Assembly: GCA_964413095.1 (NCBI GenBank)
Contig: CAYPRJ010000001.1
Coordinates: 6,975-70,974, forward strand
Length of the DNA: 64,000 nucleotides
Direction of reading: 5' to 3'
DNA from: Candidatus Woesearchaeota archaeon
GTDB lineage: Archaea; Nanobdellota; Nanobdellia; Pacearchaeales; GW2011-AR1
Position numbers and translations under genes: made by a program
The notes under the pieces: model-generated
What the model was told of the DNA's origin: nothing
What the model saw: only the letters and a program-made list of their open reading frames with translations
The model's database searches: none
Shown: positions 28,814-39,035 of the stretch, in pieces
Layout of the letters: each line of letters opens with the position of its first letter
Numbering within the stretch: the first letter of the stretch is position 1

Positions 28814-29074
28814 TTGTTATATATTCCAAAAACTTATAAATTAAAAAATCAGAACTCCTATCAATTTTGTTTTACTAATTATAATAAACATTTACTTAGA
28901 GGTGTTAGAAATTCTCTATTGAGTATTGGTATTAATTGTTCAAAAATTAGTAGTAGGGATATTTATATTACTAAAAAATCTGAATTAAGAAAGTTTTTAA
29001 AACTAATAGGGTTCAATAATGATAGGCATCTTAAAAAAATTAAGATGTGGAAACTTGATAGCCCCATAGTCTAG
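28814..29074 (+). pseudogene. C-terminal fragment of LAGLIDADG homing endonuclease
   Basis: FCFTNYNKHLL...IYITKK...FLKLIGFNNDRH; no LAGLIDADG helix or ATG; stop lies inside tRNA-Gln. Confidence 0.65.
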
Positions 29075-29202
29075 CGGTCAAATTCTTTTGTGCTGTAAAA
29101 AGTACATAGAAGACTATAGATACAGCCCTTTGGACAGGAGATTTAATAACTAAGTCAAATGATGGAAAGGCTGTGACCTCGGTTCGAATCCGAGTGGGGC
29201 TA
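29060..29202 (+). tRNA. tRNA-Gln(TTG) with two introns (D-loop ~29080-29114; canonical 29134-29167)
   Basis: AGCCCCA/TGGGGCT acceptor (A1-U72), CAGCC-CTTTGG..A-GGCTG, GGTTCGAATCC. Confidence 0.88.
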
Positions 29203-29327
29203 TTTATTTTTTTAATGAGGATAATATTTTCTTATAAATATCAAGATATATAATATTCTTATGGTGCTCTTACTAAACTGATTTTTTGTTTGGAAAAATA
29301 TTTATACTACTGTTCTTGATTAAGATT

Positions 29328-29645
29328 ATGAAACCAGCGCAGTTAACTTCTGAAGAAGAATGTTTAGTTAATTGTGAAAAGGAAAAAATTTTATTAGAAA
29401 TTATTAAAGGTATGGATTTAAAAGAAATGAAATCTTTTGATTGTTATCAGCCCCGTGATTTAAAGCATTATAATTCTTTGGAGAAATATTGGTGTGATAC
29501 AGAAAGACATCTTATAAGAGATAAATTGCATAAAGAGCCTAATGATTTGGAGTTAATAGAAGATGCTAAGGTTAATCATAACTTTGAAAGATTTAGAGTT
29601 TGGTATGTTTTGAATTTTCCAGAAAAAGTAAAGAGAAAAGATTAA
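29328..29645 (+). CDS. Hypothetical protein
   Basis: ORF from ATG 29328. Confidence 0.55.
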   Translation: MKPAQLTSEEECLVNCEKEKILLEIIKGMDLKEMKSFDCYQPRDLKHYNSLEKYWCDTERHLIRDKLHKEPNDLELIEDAKVNHNFERFRVWYVLNFPEKVKRKD

Positions 29646-30376
29646 TGTTTATATCTTCCTCTTTTTTCTACTTTGTTTAATTGATTTAATGTTTTTTTAG
29701 CATCTTTTGATTTTTTATAACCTTTAAGGAATTGTTCATAGAGTGTTTTCCAATTTTTGAAGTGTTTTGATTCAAGTGCTTGACGCAATAAATGGATATC
29801 AACTGCTTTGTCCTCATATTTCCTACTTATAAAACCTAAGCCAAAGTCTATGAAGAAGATTATAGGTTCGCTTCGCTCACTTATTGATTTAGATTTTGTT
29901 AAAGTTTTAGTTTGTTGAGAGTTTTTGTTATTAGCATCTAAATTATCAATCTGCGAGAGTGAGCGAGCAGGAGTCTCAAATGCCGATGGCACGAAAATCA
30001 TATTGCTTGTGGTTAAATCTCCATGAATTATATTTTCATCATGAAGTTTTGCTACTTGATTTCCTATTTGTTCGCAAATTTGTTTTTGTTTTGTTAAAGA
30101 AAAATCATCTAGATGTTCAGAAAGTTTTTTGCCGTCGATAAAAAGCATTTTTATAATTGTCTTATCTTTTGATTCTTGAGGAGTTGGTGAATTTATTATT
30201 TTGCCTGCTTTTGTTAAAAGTTTTTTTTCTGCTTTTGTTCTTCGTTTTCTGATTGTTTCATCAAGTTCTTTTAATCTATAAGATTTTGGAATTCTGTCTT
30301 TGATAATGATATTATTCTTTTTATCTAAAATGATTTTTGCTTCAGCTCCTTGTTGTATTAAGGTTTTTTGTGTCAT
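29642..30376 (-). CDS. bud32: KEOPS kinase Bud32 with ~40-aa insertion
   Basis: QGAEA, KDRIPKSYR, HGDLTTSN, IDFGLG, EDKAVD, RGRY. Confidence 0.93.
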   Translation of the reverse strand: MTQKTLIQQGAEAKIILDKKNNIIIKDRIPKSYRLKELDETIRKRRTKAEKKLLTKAGKIINSPTPQESKDKTIIKMLFIDGKKLSEHLDDFSLTKQKQICEQIGNQVAKLHDENIIHGDLTTSNMIFVPSAFETPARSLSQIDNLDANNKNSQQTKTLTKSKSISERSEPIIFFIDFGLGFISRKYEDKAVDIHLLRQALESKHFKNWKTLYEQFLKGYKKSKDAKKTLNQLNKVEKRGRYKH

Positions 30377-30851
30377 GATTATTTTGCAAGATTTTATTTA
30401 TTATATTCGTTGTTGAATATCCTTTTTCAATTGGAAAAGTTATAAATTTCCCGTTCCATAATTTTAATAATTCTTTTTCCTGACTTATTCTTTTCTTTAT
30501 AAAAGTTCCTCCTTTTACATGTATGTCTGGTTTTATTCTTTTTAATATTTCTAAGGGAGTTTCTTGTTCAAAGATTATTATATAATCTATGTATTGAATT
30601 CCTGAGAGTATTATTGCCCTATCTTTTTGATTGAGTATTGGTCTCCCCTCCCCTTTGTTTTTCTTTATTGAGGAATCTGAATTTAATAGAACAATTAATA
30701 TATCTCCTCTTTTCTTTGCTTTTTCAAAAATTCTAATATGTGCAGGATGAATTATATCAAAAGAACCATTTGTGGTTACAATTTTTTTATTTTGCTCTCT
30801 TATTTTCTCTATAATAGGTAATGCTTCTTTTAATGTTTTTAATTTCTTCAT
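30342..30851 (-). CDS. RfaE domain II / HldC-like heptose-1-P adenylyltransferase
   Basis: TNGSFDIIHPAH, LNSDSSIKKNKGEGRPI, VKGG, YSTT. Confidence 0.88.
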   Translation of the reverse strand: MKKLKTLKEALPIIEKIREQNKKIVTTNGSFDIIHPAHIRIFEKAKKRGDILIVLLNSDSSIKKNKGEGRPILNQKDRAIILSGIQYIDYIIIFEQETPLEILKRIKPDIHVKGGTFIKKRISQEKELLKLWNGKFITFPIEKGYSTTNIINKILQNNHDTKNLNTTRS

Positions 30852-30907
30852 TTTATTTATTTAAAATTCAAATTTTTGATTTATATAGCACCAAAGAATA
30901 GTATAAA

Positions 30908-31870
30908 TTATTTTTGGTTATAAATAGAAGATTGAAGTTCTTTAAGAGTTACTTTTGCAGTTCCTGGTTTGGCTATAACTATCCCTGCTGCGTAATTTGC
31001 AATTTCTGCTGATTGATTTAAGTTAGCACTTGAAGCTAAAGATAGAGCAATTGCCGAAATGACTGTATCACCTGCTCCAGTAATATCAAAAATTTTTTTT
31101 GCCTTTGTAGGTATGTCATGAACCCCCTTATTAAAAATACTCATTCCCTCTTTTCCACGAGTAATAATTATATTTGTGTTTAAATCCTCTGTTAATTTTT
31201 TTCCTGCATAATGAATATCTTTTAGTGAGTTATAATCTAAATTTTGAGAAATCATTTGTATAGATTCTTCTTTATTTGGGGTAATTAGGTAAATATCTTT
31301 ATAGCTATTCATATTTTTGGGTTTTGGGTCTGCAATTATTCTTTTTCCTGTAGCACGTAAGTAATTTATTAAAGACGAATTTACTACCCCTTTTGCATAA
31401 TCTGAAATAACTATTAGATCTGAATTTTTTATCATCTCATAATGTTCTTTTAAATTTATTTTTTTAGGAGCTATTTCTTCATCATCTATTCTTGTAATTT
31501 GTTGGCCATTGGATATTATTCTTGTTTTTTGTGTTGTTTTTTTATTATAAAAGGGGATAAAATGAATATTTTCTTTTTTAATTATCTCTTTGAATTTTTC
31601 TCCTGCAAAATTTTTTCCAATACTTCCAAAAAGAGTCACTTTTCCTTCAAGAGAAGAAATATTTGCTGCAACATTTGCAGCTCCCCCTAAAGTATAAATT
31701 TCATTTTCTAATTTTACAACTGGGACTGGTGCTTCTGGACTAATTCTCACAGAATTTCCGTAGATAAAATGGTCAAGAATTAGATCTCCAATAACAATAA
31801 TTTTTTTATCTTTGAAATTTTTTGTTATCTCTAATAAATTTTTTTTGCAAGAAGAATTAAAAAATTTCAT
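30908..31870 (-). CDS. RfaE domain I / HldA-like heptose-7-P kinase (PfkB)
   Basis: GDLILD, RISPEAPVPVV, GGAANVA, SDYAKG, DITGAGDT. Confidence 0.9.
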   Translation of the reverse strand: MKFFNSSCKKNLLEITKNFKDKKIIVIGDLILDHFIYGNSVRISPEAPVPVVKLENEIYTLGGAANVAANISSLEGKVTLFGSIGKNFAGEKFKEIIKKENIHFIPFYNKKTTQKTRIISNGQQITRIDDEEIAPKKINLKEHYEMIKNSDLIVISDYAKGVVNSSLINYLRATGKRIIADPKPKNMNSYKDIYLITPNKEESIQMISQNLDYNSLKDIHYAGKKLTEDLNTNIIITRGKEGMSIFNKGVHDIPTKAKKIFDITGAGDTVISAIALSLASSANLNQSAEIANYAAGIVIAKPGTAKVTLKELQSSIYNQK

Positions 31871-31882
31871 TTTGAAATTTCT

Positions 31883-34800
31883 TTATAGCCGAAATTTCCC
31901 TCCTTTCATAAACTTCTTAGCCATTTTCATAAGTTGCTTTTGTGACATGGCTTTTTCTGGGTTCATACCAGACATGCCTTCTTTAATCATTTCATTAAGC
32001 ATTTTGTATTGTTTTAATAAAGAACGAACATCACTTCCATGAACTCCTGCTCCTTTTGCTATTCTGGCAATGCGGGAAGTTTCTTTTTCCAAGAGCTCTG
32101 GATTTTCTTTTTCTTCTGGTGTCATTGATTTAACTATATGCTCCCATTTTGAAATTTTAGCTTCTTGATTTTCTAAGAGATTTTCAGGAACCTTTTTTTC
32201 TATGTTCGCAAAACCAGGAACCATGTTTTTTATTTTATCTAAACCTCCCATAGAGCCCATTGATTTAACTTGTTCTATAACATCTTCAATAGAAAGTTTT
32301 CCTTCCTGAAGCCGCTTTTGCATAGCTTCTTGTTTTTTTCCTCCTGTTGCTGATTTTATTTTTTCAATCAAGGACTGCAAATCACCCATACCAAGAAGTC
32401 TTGAGAGAAAATTTTCTGGATTAAATTCTTCTATGTCATTTGCTTTTTCTCCTGTTCCTATAAAATAAACAGGAGCCTTCACTTCATTACAAGCTGTTAA
32501 AGCTCCTCCTGCCTTGGCAGTTGAGTCCATTCTCGTTATTATAACTCCAGAGATATTTACTGCTTCTTTAAATTGAGAAGCTTGTTGGTGTGCTGCCTGC
32601 CCAATATCTGCAGGCATAACTAGGATGTTTTCAGTTGGTTTTATTGTTTTTTCTAGTTGTTTTATCTCTTTAATTAGCTCTTTGTCTAAAGTGTGTCTAC
32701 CTGCTGTATCAATAAGAATTAAATCATAATCTTTCAGTTCTCTTTCAAACTTTTTCCAGATTTTTATTGGATTTTTTTCTTTGGCATCTATGAAGCAATT
32801 TAAATTATATTTTTCTGCAAGTTGTTTTAATTGTTCTGGAGCTGCTGGTCTATGTGTGTCCAATCCTACAAGAGCAACTTTGTGCCCTCTTTTAGCGTAA
32901 TAATTTCCAATTTTTGCAATTGTTGTTGTATTGTGCACAACTATTCCATCAGCCAAAAAACTGTGATTATCTTCCACTGTTAAATCATAAACAAATTTTT
33001 CATCATTTTTAATATGATTAATCTCTTTTACTGGAGTCCAACAAATATTAGAAGATGAAAGAAGTTCAAAAGATTTTAACAGAGGCTCTAATTTACTTTT
33101 ATGTATAATTTGTAAATATTGCATTCCTCTTTCAGTTAGAGAATTTTTAATTCCTTTTTCTACAAATCCTTCTTGTTTCAAATGTTTTAAAATACCATTA
33201 ACTGCCCTATATGAATATTTATTTGATATGGATATATTATTTGAGATATCATTTAAGATACCCAAAAAAACTCCTTCTTTTTTCATTCTGTAATATAATA
33301 GGAGTTTTTTCAATTGTTCTTTTGAGATCAATCCTTTTTTTTCATATATTCCATAGCTATAAACCGCATTTTCTTGTATTTCTCCTATTGAGAAACCAAG
33401 AGCAAACCTTAATGCTTTTAATGAATTTCCTAAAGGAATCATGTCTTGATTCCCTGCTCCTTGTATCTTTCCAATCTGATTATACTTTTCTGTTATTTTT
33501 TGTTTGTAATTTATCAAATATCCTATTTTTTCAGAATAAATCTCAGCATATTTTCCTTTAATATATAATGTCCAATAAGAAATATTATTAATAATCTTTT
33601 TAGATATAGATGATAATATTCCAAGTCTTCTAAGGAGTAAGGACATTTGTTGTAGATTTATGTAGCTTTCTGATGATACTTCTATATACCTCTTATTTTT
33701 GCTTGGTGAAGAATCACAATCAAAATAAGCTTTTATGAATGACCTAATTACTTCATTATTTGAAAGCATTATCTGCTTTGGGATTTCAAGATTTCTTCCT
33801 TTCTTTCCTACGTTAAATCCAAATTTCTGTAATATTTTAACTAAAGTAACTGAATTTAATCTAATGTAGTAAAGATTTTTACTTCTCTTATCTTTTGTTA
33901 AAGTAGGAGTTAAATTAAAAATAATTTTGGATAGCTCAATAATTCTATTTATTATTTCAATATCCTCGTTTGATATATGTATACTTCTTTCGCTAATATA
34001 ACCATCACCTATGACATATCCTATAAATTCTGACAATTCTTGAGTTAGATGAAGGGGAAAAGATATTATTTTACTACTCTTTACATGTTTTAATCTTAAG
34101 AAATTATATTTTTCTTTTTCTATAAATTCTATTGGTATTCTTCCTTTGTTAATAATTGAGGTAAGGTAACTATAATTTTTTTTATATTTTAAATTACTGT
34201 ATCCCTCCTTTATTGAATTGTATTTTTTTAAGATATTTTGTTTAGCTTCTTTGGGGGTTAAATAAGCTTCTAAATTGAGATTTTTTATATAATCGAATAA
34301 ATTTATTGTTTTCCCTTCTATTTCTATTTTATTGGGAATAGATATGAAATCCTCTTTTGTTAACTCATCAGCCCTTATTTGAGTGATTTGTCCATTTTTT
34401 AGGACAAAAAAGGGATGCTCTGGTGTTACTTTAATTGAAGAGTCATTTCCATTACCAATTTTGACTTCAATCAATTCATCTTTTTTTAATTTCCATAAAT
34501 AAGTCGCTTTTTTATTCTCAATTTTTAAAGTTTTAGGATTAAATGATGGGATCTGTAATCTTTTATCTTGTATGTTGATTATTTTTCCATCCTCTATATT
34601 TTCTTCTAAATCTTTATATCTTTCATATAATTTTTTTGCTTTGATTATCTCTCCATTTCCCAGCTGGATTTTACTTTCTGAATGAACACATTTTCCTGCT
34701 CCATATAAACCAAGGAGTATAATTCTGTTTTGTTCTTTGCTTTGTAAAGCTAATTGTTTATGCTCTCCAAGAATTTCAACTAACTCATCATGTAATAGTT

Positions 34801-35023
34801 TTATTATATGTTCTTTTTTGTCTATTTCTTTTATTTTTTCATCTAATGCAGTTTTTTTTATTTTATCACTTAAATCCTTAACTAAAGACACATTTACATC
34901 TGCTTCAATCATAGCTCTTTGCAAATCTCTGACAACAGAATCAACAAGATTTTTATCTAAGAATATAGCATTAGCTATTTTGTTTGTTGCTTTTCTTAAC
35001 ACTTCTCCTAATTTTTCTAGCAT
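31883..35023 (-). CDS. srp54: SRP54 with intein (459-aa extein)
   Basis: ADVN, GLYGAGK|TTT, DTAGRH, AKAGGAL, Met-rich M domain. Confidence 0.95.
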   Translation of the reverse strand: MLEKLGEVLRKATNKIANAIFLDKNLVDSVVRDLQRAMIEADVNVSLVKDLSDKIKKTALDEKIKEIDKKEHIIKLLHDELVEILGEHKQLALQSKEQNRIILLGLYGAGKCVHSESKIQLGNGEIIKAKKLYERYKDLEENIEDGKIINIQDKRLQIPSFNPKTLKIENKKATYLWKLKKDELIEVKIGNGNDSSIKVTPEHPFFVLKNGQITQIRADELTKEDFISIPNKIEIEGKTINLFDYIKNLNLEAYLTPKEAKQNILKKYNSIKEGYSNLKYKKNYSYLTSIINKGRIPIEFIEKEKYNFLRLKHVKSSKIISFPLHLTQELSEFIGYVIGDGYISERSIHISNEDIEIINRIIELSKIIFNLTPTLTKDKRSKNLYYIRLNSVTLVKILQKFGFNVGKKGRNLEIPKQIMLSNNEVIRSFIKAYFDCDSSPSKNKRYIEVSSESYINLQQMSLLLRRLGILSSISKKIINNISYWTLYIKGKYAEIYSEKIGYLINYKQKITEKYNQIGKIQGAGNQDMIPLGNSLKALRFALGFSIGEIQENAVYSYGIYEKKGLISKEQLKKLLLYYRMKKEGVFLGILNDISNNISISNKYSYRAVNGILKHLKQEGFVEKGIKNSLTERGMQYLQIIHKSKLEPLLKSFELLSSSNICWTPVKEINHIKNDEKFVYDLTVEDNHSFLADGIVVHNTTTIAKIGNYYAKRGHKVALVGLDTHRPAAPEQLKQLAEKYNLNCFIDAKEKNPIKIWKKFERELKDYDLILIDTAGRHTLDKELIKEIKQLEKTIKPTENILVMPADIGQAAHQQASQFKEAVNISGVIITRMDSTAKAGGALTACNEVKAPVYFIGTGEKANDIEEFNPENFLSRLLGMGDLQSLIEKIKSATGGKKQEAMQKRLQEGKLSIEDVIEQVKSMGSMGGLDKIKNMVPGFANIEKKVPENLLENQEAKISKWEHIVKSMTPEEKENPELLEKETSRIARIAKGAGVHGSDVRSLLKQYKMLNEMIKEGMSGMNPEKAMSQKQLMKMAKKFMKGGKFRL
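32930..34690 (-). mobile_element. Intein in SRP54 P-loop, 587 aa, LAGLIDADG endonuclease
   Basis: CVH, VTPEHP, GYVIGDG, FIKAYFDCDS, VVHN/T. Confidence 0.95.
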
Positions 35024-35176
35024 TTTATATTAAATCCTATGAGACGGTAACTTTAAAATTTATTGCTTCTTTAGATTATTATGGAAAGAGATGAAAAATG
35101 TCATTGTGGAGCTAAGGCAACTTGTCCTAATGTTTGGGCTAGACCTATTAACCTAATAGAACTAGTTCATAGAGAA

Positions 35177-35392
35177 TTAATAAAGTTGTGGTTTTGAATT
35201 ATACTGGTTTTTTAAGTTCTTCATGTAAATTGAGGGAATCTTAAGAATTGTTACAATCTCATCAGTTTCCAGATTTTTCCTTTCATAATAAGAGGAGTGC
35301 TTTTTTTGTTGTTGAATCTGCTTTTCTATTTCTTTTATTTCCAGTCCTGTTTGTCTTCCTGCTTGAAATAGGGTTTTTATCAGATTTGTCAT
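35177..35392 (-). CDS. Small hypothetical protein
   Basis: ORF only. Confidence 0.4.
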   Translation of the reverse strand: MTNLIKTLFQAGRQTGLEIKEIEKQIQQQKKHSSYYERKNLETDEIVTILKIPSIYMKNLKNQYNSKPQLY

Positions 35393-35399
35393 TTTTTAA

Positions 35400-35584
35400 T
35401 TATAATCCAAGTCTCTTAATAAATTTTTCCTTGTCAAATAAAAGAAACCAGCGGGTTTCTTTTTAACTTCCTCTAAATACTGAACGGCGACTCAGGAATT
35501 AAAATTCCTGGAACTTCAACTTTCACAAGATTGAAGTTTTTTAATTTCCTCCAATGAAATCGCAATGACTGCAGAAAAATTCAT
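35400..35584. repeat. Orphan copy of ftsY 3' end plus structured repeat element (related to 42025-42108)
   Basis: 35400-35438 resembles 35585-35623; shared AACTTCCTC, CTGAACGGC, AATTTCCTCCAATGAA-TCGCAATGA. Confidence 0.8.
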
Positions 35585-36664
35585 TTATAATCCAAGTCTC
35601 TTAACAAATTTCTTTTTATCAAAAGGTTCAATTTTGTCATAAGCCTGTCCTGTGCCGAGGTAGAGAATTGGTTTTTTTGTTATATAGCCAACACTTAATG
35701 CAGTTCCGCCTTTTTCGTCTATGTCTGCTTTTGTTAAAACTATTCCATCTATTCCTATTGCCCAGTCAAAACTTTTTGCTTGTTCAATTGCATCGTTTCC
35801 TGTAATGCTTTCTCCTACAAAAATTTTCAAATCTGGTTTTGCAACTTTTGATATTTTTTCAATTTCTTTAATTAAATTTTTTGCAGTATGCATTCTTCCA
35901 GCAGTGTCTATTAACACACAATCAATGAAATTCTTTTTTGCATATTTTATTGCATCAAAAGCAACTGAAGCAGGATCACTTCCATATTCATTTGCTATTA
36001 CTTTTGTTCCTGTTTTTTCTCCATGCTCTTTTATTTGTTCTATAGAAGCAGCTCTGAATGTATCTGAAGCAGCAATCACACAAGAAACATCTTTCCCTTT
36101 TAACTGCTCTGCAACTTTTGCAATTGTTGTTGTTTTTCCTGAACCATTAATGCCACAAAATAAAATAACATAAGGCTCTTTACTTTGGTCAGAAAGTTTC
36201 TCTTTAATTTTTTCAGATAAATCAAAAGGCTCTATGAGAATTTCATTAATTATTTCTTTAAATGCATCTTTGATTTCTTCTTCTACTTCTTTTTTTAAAA
36301 GTTCTTTTCCAACAATTTTTTCTTTGAGTTGTTTGATAATTTTTTTAGAAACATCTAAAGCAACATTATTTTCTAAAAGGAGCATTTCAAGTTCTTCAGC
36401 ATAAATATTGAATTTTTCTTCAGAAATTTTAATTTTTGAAACTCTTGAAGTTATTTTTTTGAAAAAACCTTTTTCTCCAGGTTTTGGCTCCTCTTTTTCA
36501 ATTTCACTTTCTATTTCTGAAATTTTTTCTAAGTCAGGTTCATATTTATGTCCAGCAACATCGTACTTTTTTGGTATTTCTATTTCTTTCTCAGTTTTTT
36601 CTTTGTTTTTTTTAGAAACTTTTTTTGTCCAGTTTTGTATTTTCTCTTTTAATTTTCCAAACAT
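35585..36664 (-). CDS. ftsY: SRP receptor FtsY
   Basis: GINGSGKTTT, DTFRAA, DTAGR, TKAD, KGG; likely start MFGK. Confidence 0.96.
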   Translation of the reverse strand: MFGKLKEKIQNWTKKVSKKNKEKTEKEIEIPKKYDVAGHKYEPDLEKISEIESEIEKEEPKPGEKGFFKKITSRVSKIKISEEKFNIYAEELEMLLLENNVALDVSKKIIKQLKEKIVGKELLKKEVEEEIKDAFKEIINEILIEPFDLSEKIKEKLSDQSKEPYVILFCGINGSGKTTTIAKVAEQLKGKDVSCVIAASDTFRAASIEQIKEHGEKTGTKVIANEYGSDPASVAFDAIKYAKKNFIDCVLIDTAGRMHTAKNLIKEIEKISKVAKPDLKIFVGESITGNDAIEQAKSFDWAIGIDGIVLTKADIDEKGGTALSVGYITKKPILYLGTGQAYDKIEPFDKKKFVKRLGL

Positions 36665-36742
36665 ATTTTTATGAATGTACTGCAATTTATAATGCTTTTT
36701 ATTGAGTATAAATTTTTATAAACAAGTGTTTCTCTATTATAA

Positions 36743-37979
36743 TATGAAAGGAATATTAGTTATAATTGATGGGATGGGTGATTTGCCGCATAAGCTTTTG
36801 GAAGGCAAAACTCCTTTAGAAGCTGCAAATACTCCAAATCTTGATTTTTTTGCTACAAGAGGAGAGCTTGGTTTTTTATATCCTGTTAAACCAGGGTTTA
36901 TTCCAGAATCTGATGAAGCAATTGTTTCTATTTTTGGAAATGATTTGATTTCTAGTACAAGAGGGCAGTTAGAAGCAATTGGAGCAGGAATAAAAATGAC
37001 TCGTGGAGATTTAGCTTTAAGAGTTAATTTTGCAACAACTAATGAAGAAGGAGAAATTATTGATAGAAGAGCAGGAAGAACACTTACAAATTCTGAAGCA
37101 GAAAAACTTGCTAAATCAATTAATAAAATAAAAATGCCTGTTGATTTTGTTTTTAAAGCAACTATTCAACATAGAGGGGCACTTGTTTTTCGTGGTGGTT
37201 TTTCAGATAATATTTTACCAAATGATATGACTTATATTCAAGGAAAATCAAGCAGTATTTCTAGAATTAAAAACTGCAAGCCAACTGATGATGATGAAAA
37301 TTCTCAGTATACTGCAAATGTTGTTAATGAATTTTTAGACAAGGTTTATGAAGTTCTTAATAAACATCCAGTAAATGAGGAAAGAAGGAAAAAAGGTTTG
37401 TTGCCTGCTAATTATCTGCTTGTTAGAGGAGCAGGAATTGAATATCCTAAATTAAAAAAATACAAAAAATGGATATCTTTAAGTTATATGCCTCTTGAGA
37501 TAGGATTTTCAGAAGCTAGTGGCATGGATGTAATGAGTTTCAAATATCCTGCTTTAAAAAAATTAGATGCTTATGAAAATCTTTGGGAAGGTTTGAAAAA
37601 AGCATGTAAATTCTGTGCTAAGGAAATAAAGAAAAATCACAAGAAATTTGATTATGCTTATATTCACTTAAAAGAAACTGATTTGCCTGGGCACGATAAC
37701 AAGCCAATTGAAAAAAAAGAAATGATTGAATATATTGATAAAAATTTCTTTAGTTTTTTGAGAAAATTTACTCCTTCAAAAGATATTAAAATTGCTGTAA
37801 CAGCAGACCATTCAACTCCTTGCAAACTTAAAGATCATTCAGCAGACCCGGTTCCTGTTTTATTGTATAATAATTCTCTGCCAAAAGAAAAACACTTTTG
37901 TGAAAAAGAAGCAAGAAAAGGAACTTTAGGTAGAATTGTGGGAAAAGAGTTTTTAGAAAGGATAAGATTTGATAAATAG
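36743..37979 (+). CDS. apgM: Cofactor-independent phosphoglycerate mutase
   Basis: IIDGMGD, KTPLEAANTPNLD, DLPGHD, TADHSTP, HSADPVP. Confidence 0.93.
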
Positions 37980-38036
37980 TTTATTCTAATTATTAAATAT
38001 AGCAATAATTAAAAATCTTGAAGAACTTTTTGAAAT

Positions 38037-38591
38037 ATGATAACATATAATGATATTTATGAGGCTTCCAGAAAGGAAAGATATTCTGAACAGTTGCAAA
38101 AATTGCCTAAGAATTTTATTTCAGATGTTGCAGAATATTTGAGAGATAAAAAGAGTATTTCATCCAAAGAGGAAGGAATTTTTTCTGATGTTGTTACAAA
38201 AACAAAAAAACAACTTGAAAATGCAAGGACTTTATTTAAGGAATTGGTTTTGAGGAGGAGAAAAAAGATTTTAAATTTAGTTTTGATTGCAGGAGAGACA
38301 GGAATTTCAAGACAGGATTTTGAAAATATGATTGATTTTGAGAAACGATTTTTTGAAGAACTTATGAAATGTGTTGAGAATTTTGATAAAGAACTTGATT
38401 ATGCTTTGAATGGAGAAAATGAAGAAAAACAAAAAAATACTCTTGTTATTTTCAAAGAGAATGTTGAAGAATTTGTTGGTATGAATGGGGAGAAAATGGG
38501 GCCTTTTGAAAAAGGACAGATAGCTAATCTTCCTTATGATATTGCTAGTATTCTTATAGAAGACAAGAAAGCTGAAAAAACAGAAGAATAA
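38037..38591 (+). CDS. GINS family replication protein
   Basis: LQKLPKNF, RRRKKI, C-terminal B domain GPFEKGQIANLP. Confidence 0.8.
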   Translation: MITYNDIYEASRKERYSEQLQKLPKNFISDVAEYLRDKKSISSKEEGIFSDVVTKTKKQLENARTLFKELVLRRRKKILNLVLIAGETGISRQDFENMIDFEKRFFEELMKCVENFDKELDYALNGENEEKQKNTLVIFKENVEEFVGMNGEKMGPFEKGQIANLPYDIASILIEDKKAEKTEE

Positions 38592-38703
38592 TTATGAATT
38601 CTTATTCAAAGCAAAAAATTTAAAAAGTATTATGAATATATATTCATAATAGGAATCTTAGGTTCCTGAAAAATTAAAATAAGCTTTATGGCTAGGAGAA
38701 AAA

Positions 38704-38988
38704 ATGCCAAGAGGAGATAAAACAGGACCATTAGGAGAAGGACCAATGACAGGAAGAAGAATGGGTTTATGTGCAGGATTTAATGCTCCAGGTTTTATGA
38801 ATTCAGGATCTGGCAGAGGTCTTGGATTTAGAAGAGGATTTGGCAGAGGATTCAGAAGAGTTTTTATACCTTTTGCACAACCACAAGTAATAACAGAGAA
38901 AGAAGAAAAACAAATGCTTGAAGAAAATTTAAAGTCTTTGAAGCAAGAAATGGAAGAAATACAAAAAAGACTAAAAGAGCTTAAATAA
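38704..38988 (+). CDS. DUF5320-like protein
   Basis: MPRGDKTGPLGEGPMTGRRMGLC, GRG-rich, C-terminal coiled coil. Confidence 0.85.
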   Translation: MPRGDKTGPLGEGPMTGRRMGLCAGFNAPGFMNSGSGRGLGFRRGFGRGFRRVFIPFAQPQVITEKEEKQMLEENLKSLKQEMEEIQKRLKELK

Positions 38989-39035
38989 GTTTTTTAACTT
39001 CTTTTTCTTTTTTAAGCATAAAATAAAAAATAAAA

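Noticed and set aside
35721..36173. 150-aa plus-strand ORF and similar antisense ORFs (e.g. 3550-3885, 9342-9620, 62172-62648)
   Set aside because: Shadows of well-supported genes on the opposite strand
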